Shown: piece by piece, positions 1 through 8,458 of the stretch
How positions within the stretch are numbered: position 1 is the first letter of the stretch
Layout: each line of letters starts with the position of its first letter
Virus record (IMG/VR): IMGVR_UViG_3300033145_000681
Coordinates: 4,355-68,354 of that record
Strand: one strand, 5' to 3'
Length of the DNA stretch: 64,000 nt
Origin: a virus
Notes under the pieces: generated by a model
The model's input: the letters and a program-made list of their open reading frames with translations, nothing else
Database searches by the model: none
Told to the model about the DNA's origin: nothing
Position numbers and translations under genes: made by a program

Positions 1-202
1 CTACTTCCTCCTGGCAGTAGGATTCCGGCGCGGAGACAAGGAGAGATGGATCGAGGAATTCAAGCGCCTGGAAGAGCTGGATGACAAGACGCTCTTCGAT
101 GCGGATCTGGTAATCATCGTGCCTGGCGCGATCCCCGATGGTAAATTCCGCGTTGTAGATCTCGAAGCGATTAACGAAGCGAATGATATCACGTTGCCAT
201 AG
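1..202 (+). CDS. 3' end of a phage protein, possibly head-tail connector (partial)
   Basis: Open frame 2 from the window edge (YFLLAVGFRRGDKERW...NDITLP) to TAG at 200-202, followed by the SD of the next gene; function guessed from position only. Confidence 0.5.
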   Translation, partial: YFLLAVGFRRGDKERWIEEFKRLEELDDKTLFDADLVIIVPGAIPDGKFRVVDLEAINEANDITLP

Positions 203-216
203 AAGGAGAGAAGAAG

Positions 217-669
217 ATGGGAGAATTTCTACTTACCGATAACCGAACCGCGATCGCTGACGGCGCCTCTGTCGGTATTTTGATCAGCATCCCTACGGGG
301 AACGAGCTGATCATGGGCGTCGATGCGGATGTGCCGGTCGAGTTTGCCGTCAACGTCTACGAAGATCCTACCGTTACGGATAACGGGGTGGAGATTACGC
401 CGATCGATATAGATCGCGCGGCGGCGACTGTTCCGAATTCGTCGTTCTATCGAGATCCTACCGTATCGGATGATGGGGATCTCCTGGTGTCGAGACGTGC
501 AGACCAGGGCGCTATATTCGAAGCCATCCCGAAAGATCCCGGGAAGGGCGGCCCGATGGTCATGAAGGAGAACGAGGAGTACGTGGTCTGGATTACCAAC
601 CGAAGCGGAGCGGCGGCGAACGCAGCGATCGTATTGTCATTCACCGAGGTACCGACGAGGGCGCTGTAG
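217..669 (+). CDS. hypothetical virion-associated protein
   Basis: 150 aa acidic, beta-rich ORF with SD AAGGAG; structural context. Confidence 0.6.
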   Translation: MGEFLLTDNRTAIADGASVGILISIPTGNELIMGVDADVPVEFAVNVYEDPTVTDNGVEITPIDIDRAAATVPNSSFYRDPTVSDDGDLLVSRRADQGAIFEAIPKDPGKGGPMVMKENEEYVVWITNRSGAAANAAIVLSFTEVPTRAL

Positions 670-671
670 CC

Positions 672-974
672 ATGAACGGAGAAGATCAGAAGCGGCTGGA
701 TACGATCCATAGCGAGCTACTACAGGAAGAGATTACCCAGGAGAAACGGCTCGCGCGTATGGAAGCTCGGCAGATGGTGTTCTTCGAGAAGGACGGCGTA
801 TGCGATCGTAGGGAGAAGCGAATCGATGGCGTGGAGGATCGAGTCGAGGACGTGAAGGGTCAGGTTGTCTCTCTGCGCGTCCGGATCGCCGCCTGGGTAG
901 GAGGCGCTACGGTGATCGTTATCATCCTTCAGGCGATTGGGATCAAGACCATCATCATGAAGTTCGTTACGTGA
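672..974 (+). CDS. small membrane protein, holin-like (coiled coil plus C-terminal TM)
   Basis: Charged heptad N-terminus, hydrophobic IAAWVGGATVIVIILQAIGI. Confidence 0.5.
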   Translation: MNGEDQKRLDTIHSELLQEEITQEKRLARMEARQMVFFEKDGVCDRREKRIDGVEDRVEDVKGQVVSLRVRIAAWVGGATVIVIILQAIGIKTIIMKFVT

Positions 975-993
975 TGGCCCATGAGGCATAGCC

Positions 994-3900
994 GTGAACA
1001 TAGAGAAAGTACAAGACATTGTCGGGGCGATGGTATCCGGCAATGTCGAAGCCGGGATCAGAGTAACCTATGCTGATAACGGAGACGATAACGGCAAGCT
1101 AGACTTCCATGTCGCTGGCGTAGCGACATTCCTCGATCTCGCAGATACTCCCGCAAGCTATGTAGGCGAAGCCACAAAAGTAGTCACCGTCAACGCAGCC
1201 CAGGACGGGCTCGAATTCGTTACCAACGTCACTACCGATGAGAAGGTCAAGGTAGATGTCGGGGCCGTAGCCGGCTACCTGGGCGCTGCGAATAACGACG
1301 GGGTCCTCCGCACCGATACCTCGATGACGTATGTTGATGGCGGGGATTTCGTCACGCTGAACACCATCCAGGACATCAGGACAACGGCAGAACCGGTGTT
1401 CAAGGATCTGTCGCTGACCGACTTCGCAAGCGGTAACGAAACGATCACGGAGATCCTGGACGATACCCTGCATGGTGATGTGCTAGATGCGATTGTTGTA
1501 TCTGATGATGGTGTTCTGAACATCAGCTGGACTGCCGGCGAGCTGTGGGATCATACGGCGAAGGATGTTGTCGATACGGATCTCAACGCCGGGCCCGTAG
1601 CCCTGACGGATCACATGATCAACTATCTCTGGTGGGATCGCTCCGGAGGGGGCACGGCGCTTACGGCCAATACCACGATACCGGATCTGTCTGATGACGA
1701 TGTATTCGTAGCGCAGATCAACTGTGCCGGCGGCGACATCCATGAGATCAACGAAGTGCCAATATATTCCATGCAGATCCCCACACTGATCGCCGCATTC
1801 CGGGATATCTTCCCGAGCATTGTGACCAGTGGATTGATCGTCAGCGAGCATGCGGGTGGCGGTGCGTGGGACGTTGACCAAACCCAGGGAACGTATTACC
1901 TGGCAGCATACGGGAAGGAAGATATCGCGGCCCAGGATTCTACCGTTGATCAGATGTCGAGATGGTGGCAGTCGGCAGCAGGGCAGAGCACGGAGGTAGC
2001 CGGTCAGACCGCGATTGATAATGCGCAGTGGAATACAGGGAACGCGCTGGTGGGTGTGAATGCGGCGAAGTGGTACCGCTCGATGTTCTTCGTTGATGAT
2101 GATGGGATCAATTGGGTATATCCTACGGCACAGTACAATACGGCTGCCCAGGCGATCGCCGGGGCCGATCCGATACTCCCGTATGGATTGCAGGATCATC
2201 CGAAAGTCATGGCCCTGGTACTCCGAGGCAATGCTGCGGCACTACCTGCTTCGGGAAGTAACCAGTGGATAGACATTCGTCCCACACTCGGCGGGACTGG
2301 TGGCGGCACGGTAACCCATCACGATCAGCTGGCAAATCTTGATTGGGCATCTGCCGGCCACAATATCAATACCTCCGTGAACATGGAAGGCAATACCCTG
2401 ATGGGCGATTCCGGGGTAGGCGGGGATCTCAATCTGCAGAGCACGTCCGACGCTACCCGGGGAGATGTGATCTCGATCGATAACTTCGTGATCGGGGTGG
2501 GCGGTGTGGGGCTCGATTACACGCTTACCTTCAACGGGGAGAATAGCGACGGCGTCCTTACCTGGATGGAGAATGAGGATTACTTCCTGTTCGGCGACGG
2601 GATCGTAATGGCAGACGGTGAGGGGATCTCCCTGCAGGAAGGGATTACCTGGACGGGAGCGACTACCGAGAATCTGATTACGTTTCCGGACAATACGGCG
2701 GTGGCGCTGGACATGCAGGGCGCGGTGGGGCCGATCAGTTTTCAGCGATTCAATACTACTACGGACGCATGTCAGATGGAGTACTTCACCGATGAGATGA
2801 TATGGGCCCAGGGCGGAAGCGATACAGCCATTAATGCGGCGATAGACTCAGGGAATGCGAATGGATTCGAACTCAAATTTCTCCCAGGGACTTCTACGAT
2901 AAGCGGACAGTCAGTCATCGATGTTGGGAAAACATCCATCCGCGGGAGTGGGCCGGCTACATTCTTCGACGCTACTCTCTGGCAGGCCGACGATATCATT
3001 TTCGCGCAGAATCTGGATTATCTAAGCGTTGAGAATATGTGGATCACTGGACTGAAAACAGGAACGGCTACTGAAAGCATCCTGTATTTCAATAACTGTG
3101 ATTACGTCAAAGTTAGAGACATGCGCCTGGCGAATTCCGCGAGGCACGGCGTTCATTTTGTTCAGTCGGATTTCTTCGTCTGCACGTTCAATGAGTTCTT
3201 TGATTGTCGAGATTACGCCGGTCGTTCGCAAGGCTCTGATTTCTCGATGTACCTCTTCAACTACATGCACGAGAATGACAGCATCGGCGTTATTGCGCAG
3301 GGCGGAGGACATAACCTCTTCGCGTTCAACCTTTCAAATAATGACGGGTACGGTGTGTGGGTGCAATCGAATTTTAGTTGCGCGAACAGCAACATCGTAT
3401 TCTCCAGCGCATTTCCATCGGTAGTGGTGGACGGTGACTGGTGTACGTGTGCTGGCAACATCGCGGATCAATCCTCCAGTTATAGTTTTGGAATATCGGC
3501 AGCCATTGGCACGACGCTCATGGGGAACGTGTCGTACATGGCAAGCAATATGGGCTATTTCCTGAATGCGTCGCGTGCGTGCGTGGCTATCGGAAACTCC
3601 TTGTATCGCTCCGGGAATGGGCAGCCTGATTTTCGGGTAGGTGGCTGCACGTACATGGTAGTTTCAACGAACGTCTGTGAAAGCACGGCAGGCAGGGCAG
3701 AGCGAATGGCAAACGTTACGGATTCTGATTACAACATTTTCGTGTCCAATGTTTCGTTCGATCACGATACCGGCAGTATTGATTTCGACCTCAACAGTAA
3801 TCACAACGTTGTTGGATGGAATCGCATGGAATTACTGCCTACATGGGTAGTGGGTAGGAACAATATCATCCAGTGGGAAGATACGGCCAACATGCTGGTG

Positions 3901-6900
3901 ACGTCGAATTTCGGCCAGGAGTGGCGATGCCTTGATGGCGATGGCAGAGATAATGAGTATGTGGGCCTTTTCTATAATCTCGAATCCACGAACGACCGCT
4001 CCTTCGGCCTCTACATCCAGGCAGGATCTACCACGGTCGATGCAGCCCTGAACATCTACGATCACGATGCGGCTACCCATCTCTTCATGATCGACGGCGC
4101 GGGCAATGCGGCGATCTACGAGAGTGCCGAGATGCGCTTCTGGGATGTCGGCAGCTCCAATTACGTAGGCTTCGAAGCGCCGGCCCTTACCGGGAATCAG
4201 ATCTGGGTACTTCCGGATGCTGATGGGAATCTCAACGATGTGCTGACTACCGATGGCGGCGGGAATCTCTCCTGGACAGCGGCAGTAGGGCCCCATGATA
4301 TGCTTTCTGCAACGCACTCTGATTCTGATCCAGCCGTAGTCTCTCAGGGCAGCCTCATCGTGGGGGATTCCTCTCCCGAATGGTCGGAGCTTACAGTCGG
4401 CGCTATCGGAGAATATCTGCAGGCTGATGGTAACGATACATATTGGGATTCAATCCAGGCTGGGGATCTCCCTGCCCATCCGCATGACGGCGAGACGATG
4501 CAGTTTGATGAGATCAACTCGAACGGTGGCGCATTCGCATTCACAACCAGCGGGGCAGTATCCTTCTCCCAGAACATCATCATCCCGGATGCCGGGAATA
4601 TCGGATCGGTGTCTGACGTTAATGCGATCTCCATATCCGCAACCGGCGCAGTGCATATCACGCACGGCGTTAATGGCGTGGCGCTGCAGGTTGGCCCTAA
4701 CGCTCCGCTGGAAGATTGGCATGCGACATTCGACGTTATTGAACTCGGAGGGAATGCCTCTTTCGCTGGAGATGATACTGCCGGCGCATCGAAGCATCTA
4801 CTCATCTCGCAAAACGCTTATTGGGATGCGGGGAATAACCGGTGGCAGTACCAGGATACGGATGAAGCGAGCACCTACGAGCAGACCGATGGAACTCACG
4901 CGTTTTACGTTGCTGCTTCGGGGAATGCTGACGATCCGATAACGTGGATAATGGGATTGGAAATTACTGTAGCGGGTGATCTTGTTGTCAGAGACGGGGC
5001 GAACATTGGCCCGGACTCAGACAAAGACGCTATGATTCTTTCATCAGGAGGAATGCTCCAGCTTACGCATGATGCTGGGGGCGTGGCGCTCCAGGTAGGA
5101 TTGAACGCACCGCTGGAAACCTGGCATACATCGTTCGATGTGATTGAGATCGGTGGGAATGCAGCCATTGCTGGAGACGGTACGGCTGGTGCGGGTGCGT
5201 ATCTGCTCATTGCCCAAAACGCCTATTGGGATCACGGGGATAACAGATGGGAATATCAGGATACGGATGAGGCCAGTCTGTACGAACAGGTTGACGGCCA
5301 TCATACATTCTATGTGGCGGTTTCAGGCAATGCCGATGATCCGATTACCTGGACAACAGCTCTTGAGATTACTGATACCGGGACCATAAGCGGCTCTACG
5401 ATTCTCGACGAGAATGACATGGCATCAGACAGTGACGTGCATCTGGCTACCCAGCAATCCATCAAGGCGTATGTGGATGGTGCTGGTGGCGGGGATGTAA
5501 CCGCGGCAGGGAATATCACGGATCATAGCGTTGTCCGCGGTGATGGCGGAGCGAAGGGGATCCAGGATAGCGGCTTCAAGGTTACTGATGGCGGTGCCTT
5601 GTACGGTGGCTCAGGCGGGACCGGTACGCTCGGCGGCTTGCTGGATATACGCGAATGGGCCGTCAACACAACGGCGGATTTCATAGGGACGTACTTCGGG
5701 TATAAGAAGACTGCCGGGGCGACGGCAGCCAATGATGATTTTGATGCTCTGCGCGTGGTGATGAACATAGATCACAATGGAGCGGATCATGGGATCATCG
5801 TCGGCGGGAAGTTTCAGGTACATATTTTCGACGGAACCGTAACCGATATAATCGGGGCATCGTATCTGGCATCGCTGACGGCCGCAACGGCGGAGGCGGA
5901 TGACGTTACGGGATTGCAGGCGACGGTGACGCTCTCGGGCGGAACGGTCAATGGTGATGTGTATGGGATATTCATAGATGTCTCTGACGCCAGCGCTGCC
6001 GGCTCCGTACACATGCTGTATCTGGAAGAGACGTTCGGGGTTGATTACGGAATCTATCAGAACGGGACGGCGGGTAATTACTTCGGTGGGAATATCGGAA
6101 TAAACGGAACGACGGCAACTTATACGCTCAATGTCGAGGGCGCGACTGATACAATGAGACTTCTGTCTTCCACTGGAGCTTGTTTCCTTCGTTTCGATAA
6201 CGCAGACCAGAACGCGCAGGGTTACATCGAATACGATGCCGATGTAATGGAGCTTTGGGCGAACGCTACGTCAATAATGCAAGTAAGCGGTACAACGATC
6301 AGCGTCGGAATCGCTGGCGCATCTCATGCAAGTTACGGTCTTCAAGTTCACGGTGCGGCTTTAGCTGGTGGCGGCATTTATTCATACAGCACAAAAGCAG
6401 CCGGTACTGCACTCGGCGTGTACGGCAGAGCTTACGGTGCCGCAACCACAAACCAGGGAGTCTACGCTTCTGCAACCAACGCCACTAATAATCATGGTTT
6501 TGAGGATAACTTCGGCAACTATTCTGACAATTCCGGAGGGGGCACATGGGTAGACGGAAGCTGTACGTTCGACAAGAAGTTTTGGTCAAGGCTCATGGAA
6601 CCCAACGACATCGCTTCGCTTTATGCCGATCTTGGGCACATGCGTGGGTATTTCTTCAAGGCGAAGAATGAGGGGGTTATCGGGGAGTCGAAGATTGAAA
6701 AAATAATTGACGCGGGTGGTGTAGAAGTGGGCGTTCCGATTTACGATGAGAGCAAGGCTCCCGAACGCTTCGGCGTGATCTTGGATGATGAGTATACGCC
6801 GGACTATCTTACCTGCACGGACAACTCTGGCAAGATTACTGGTTACAGTGCGGGACGGTGGAGTCAGTACCAGATGCTGATGATGATTCACCAGAAGGGC

Positions 6901-7095
6901 CTGATAGAAACGGGAGCATCCGAACGCGCCGGCATGCAGGCAGAGATTAACGGTATGGTTTCTTCGATGACTGGCTATGATGATCGTTTCACAATCATCG
7001 AAGCTGCCGGCGATGCAAGGGATCAGGAGATTCAGAAGCTCAAAGAAGAGAATGCCGCACTGAAGGAGCGAGTTGCGATTCTCGAAGCGGCGTGA
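994..7095 (+). CDS. giant fibre/tailspike with right-handed beta-helix region and probable C-terminal intramolecular chaperone plus coiled coil
   Basis: 2033 aa; Asn-ladder beta-helix pattern around aa 620-960; common fibre motifs (FLDLADTPASY, YVGFEAP..WVLPDADG, LATQQSIKAYVD); C-terminal QEIQKLKEENAALKERVAILE. Confidence 0.85.
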   Translation: MNIEKVQDIVGAMVSGNVEAGIRVTYADNGDDNGKLDFHVAGVATFLDLADTPASYVGEATKVVTVNAAQDGLEFVTNVTTDEKVKVDVGAVAGYLGAANNDGVLRTDTSMTYVDGGDFVTLNTIQDIRTTAEPVFKDLSLTDFASGNETITEILDDTLHGDVLDAIVVSDDGVLNISWTAGELWDHTAKDVVDTDLNAGPVALTDHMINYLWWDRSGGGTALTANTTIPDLSDDDVFVAQINCAGGDIHEINEVPIYSMQIPTLIAAFRDIFPSIVTSGLIVSEHAGGGAWDVDQTQGTYYLAAYGKEDIAAQDSTVDQMSRWWQSAAGQSTEVAGQTAIDNAQWNTGNALVGVNAAKWYRSMFFVDDDGINWVYPTAQYNTAAQAIAGADPILPYGLQDHPKVMALVLRGNAAALPASGSNQWIDIRPTLGGTGGGTVTHHDQLANLDWASAGHNINTSVNMEGNTLMGDSGVGGDLNLQSTSDATRGDVISIDNFVIGVGGVGLDYTLTFNGENSDGVLTWMENEDYFLFGDGIVMADGEGISLQEGITWTGATTENLITFPDNTAVALDMQGAVGPISFQRFNTTTDACQMEYFTDEMIWAQGGSDTAINAAIDSGNANGFELKFLPGTSTISGQSVIDVGKTSIRGSGPATFFDATLWQADDIIFAQNLDYLSVENMWITGLKTGTATESILYFNNCDYVKVRDMRLANSARHGVHFVQSDFFVCTFNEFFDCRDYAGRSQGSDFSMYLFNYMHENDSIGVIAQGGGHNLFAFNLSNNDGYGVWVQSNFSCANSNIVFSSAFPSVVVDGDWCTCAGNIADQSSSYSFGISAAIGTTLMGNVSYMASNMGYFLNASRACVAIGNSLYRSGNGQPDFRVGGCTYMVVSTNVCESTAGRAERMANVTDSDYNIFVSNVSFDHDTGSIDFDLNSNHNVVGWNRMELLPTWVVGRNNIIQWEDTANMLVTSNFGQEWRCLDGDGRDNEYVGLFYNLESTNDRSFGLYIQAGSTTVDAALNIYDHDAATHLFMIDGAGNAAIYESAEMRFWDVGSSNYVGFEAPALTGNQIWVLPDADGNLNDVLTTDGGGNLSWTAAVGPHDMLSATHSDSDPAVVSQGSLIVGDSSPEWSELTVGAIGEYLQADGNDTYWDSIQAGDLPAHPHDGETMQFDEINSNGGAFAFTTSGAVSFSQNIIIPDAGNIGSVSDVNAISISATGAVHITHGVNGVALQVGPNAPLEDWHATFDVIELGGNASFAGDDTAGASKHLLISQNAYWDAGNNRWQYQDTDEASTYEQTDGTHAFYVAASGNADDPITWIMGLEITVAGDLVVRDGANIGPDSDKDAMILSSGGMLQLTHDAGGVALQVGLNAPLETWHTSFDVIEIGGNAAIAGDGTAGAGAYLLIAQNAYWDHGDNRWEYQDTDEASLYEQVDGHHTFYVAVSGNADDPITWTTALEITDTGTISGSTILDENDMASDSDVHLATQQSIKAYVDGAGGGDVTAAGNITDHSVVRGDGGAKGIQDSGFKVTDGGALYGGSGGTGTLGGLLDIREWAVNTTADFIGTYFGYKKTAGATAANDDFDALRVVMNIDHNGADHGIIVGGKFQVHIFDGTVTDIIGASYLASLTAATAEADDVTGLQATVTLSGGTVNGDVYGIFIDVSDASAAGSVHMLYLEETFGVDYGIYQNGTAGNYFGGNIGINGTTATYTLNVEGATDTMRLLSSTGACFLRFDNADQNAQGYIEYDADVMELWANATSIMQVSGTTISVGIAGASHASYGLQVHGAALAGGGIYSYSTKAAGTALGVYGRAYGAATTNQGVYASATNATNNHGFEDNFGNYSDNSGGGTWVDGSCTFDKKFWSRLMEPNDIASLYADLGHMRGYFFKAKNEGVIGESKIEKIIDAGGVEVGVPIYDESKAPERFGVILDDEYTPDYLTCTDNSGKITGYSAGRWSQYQMLMMIHQKGLIETGASERAGMQAEINGMVSSMTGYDDRFTIIEAAGDARDQEIQKLKEENAALKERVAILEAA
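4580..5385 (+). repeat. tandem 405-bp (135 aa) domain duplication inside the fibre gene
   Basis: GVALQVG.NAPLE.WH..FDVIE.GGNA...QNAYWD..NRW.YQDTDEAS.YEQ.DG.H.FYVA.SGNADDPITW at 4663-4947 and 5068-5352. Confidence 0.95.
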
Positions 7096-7126
7096 TAGAA
7101 GATACCTGGAAGGAGGTGATGACCAG

Positions 7127-7450
7127 ATGAAGTGCAGACCGGAAGAGTACAAAGACCTGAAGGAGAAGGGTGTAGCTACGCTCACCAAGGTGCTCGGGGA
7201 TTCGATTCCCGGTGGATCCCGGAGTGGGAACGTATTCATTCAGATGTCCGTACCTCACTACGACGAGAGGACCGGAGAGAAGACCGGCGATCGGAGATTC
7301 AATTTCTCGCTCGAGGATCTGACGGGGAAGCGGGACGGCTTCCTTGCCAGAGCGGCGGCGGTCGATGAGATGATCCAGGATGCTGCGAAGATCGATGACC
7401 CGGCAGTCCCGGAAGAAGAGGAAGAAGAGGAAGAAGACGGGGAGGAATAG
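7127..7450 (+). CDS. hypothetical protein with acidic tail
   Basis: SD GGAGGT before ATG 7127; poly-Glu C-terminus. Confidence 0.65.
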   Translation: MKCRPEEYKDLKEKGVATLTKVLGDSIPGGSRSGNVFIQMSVPHYDERTGEKTGDRRFNFSLEDLTGKRDGFLARAAAVDEMIQDAAKIDDPAVPEEEEEEEEDGEE

Positions 7451-7451
7451 C

Positions 7452-7757
7452 GTGGGAACGCTCAGAATCAATGACGAGGAAGTGCGCTGGCCGGACGATA
7501 AGGATGATGTCGTAGCGGCGGCGCTGAAGGAAAGCTCTCACGTTGCCGGCAAGACTACCCAGGAGATTATCGATAATTGGGGACCGCACGAGGCAGCGTC
7601 GTATCGGGAGAGCGTAATCGGATGGCTTGCCAACAAGGTCAAGGCTGACGCTCTTGGGACAGCGATGGCCGATGCCGAGGCGGCGAAGGAAGCGGCAGAG
7701 GAATCCCTCAAGGCGGATGTGACGGTCGAGAAGGTAGCGGCGGCCGCGATTCCGTAG
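7452..7757 (+). CDS. hypothetical protein
   Basis: GTG start after GGAGG. Confidence 0.6.
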   Translation: MGTLRINDEEVRWPDDKDDVVAAALKESSHVAGKTTQEIIDNWGPHEAASYRESVIGWLANKVKADALGTAMADAEAAKEAAEESLKADVTVEKVAAAAIP

Positions 7758-7768
7758 ATCGGGACGCA

Positions 7769-7797
7769 TTGACAGTATACGGTTCCGACCGTATAGT
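7769..7797 (+). promoter_or_regulatory. sigma70-type promoter with overlapping inverted repeat
   Basis: TTGACA-N17-TATAGT; TATACGGT-tccg-ACCGTATA at 7776-7795. Confidence 0.7.
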
Positions 7798-7842
7798 TAT
7801 TTGGATGTTGGTTGGGAGGCGACTAGAACAAGGAGGAGATCG

Positions 7843-8448
7843 ATGGGCAATAAGGACAAGGCGAAGAAGAAGAAGAAAGACGCGAAAGAAGTGACCGAGG
7901 TAATGCTCGATCACATCTTCATGGATCGCAAAGGTGAGGCTCTCAGGGAGCGCACCGTAGACGTAGAAGAAGTCAACCGCGTCGTACAGATGAGGGCTCG
8001 CGGTATCGACTGGAGAAGCATCGGTGAGGCGATGGCCGACAAGGAAGTCGATGTCGAAGAGATCCCCGAGCTTACCCTGGCGATGGTTTGCGCAGTGGAG
8101 CTGGATCGAGATGAGCAGGACGATCGGGGCAAGAGCAAGCTGACTCAGGAGCAGAAGGTCAGGCGCTCTCATCTGGGTACCCGGATCTTGAATGCCGGTG
8201 ACGCCATGCGGATGACGAATGCGGACAAGACGATGATCATGGAGCTGATTACCAAGTATCGGAGCAATCGGATTACAACCCAGGCGCTGGCAATTATCGA
8301 TCCGGCAGCGTACGACGGGATCGTCAAGGGGATTGATGATGTCGCCGATGCCGATCCCGAGAAAGAAGAGCCCGGTGCGCCTGCAGAAGAGAATCCCGGC
8401 GCAGAGGCGAAGCCGGCAGCAGCAGGAGATCCTCCGCCCAAGACATAG
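7843..8448 (+). CDS. hypothetical protein, possible fibre chaperone
   Basis: SD AAGGAGG; helical protein downstream of the fibre gene. Confidence 0.55.
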   Translation: MGNKDKAKKKKKDAKEVTEVMLDHIFMDRKGEALRERTVDVEEVNRVVQMRARGIDWRSIGEAMADKEVDVEEIPELTLAMVCAVELDRDEQDDRGKSKLTQEQKVRRSHLGTRILNAGDAMRMTNADKTMIMELITKYRSNRITTQALAIIDPAAYDGIVKGIDDVADADPEKEEPGAPAEENPGAEAKPAAAGDPPPKT

Positions 8449-8458
8449 GAGGGAATAG

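Noticed and set aside
4580-5385. Fibre duplication as a DGR template/variable repeat pair
   Set aside because: Both copies are in-frame coding, differences are not adenine-specific, and no reverse transcriptase is seen
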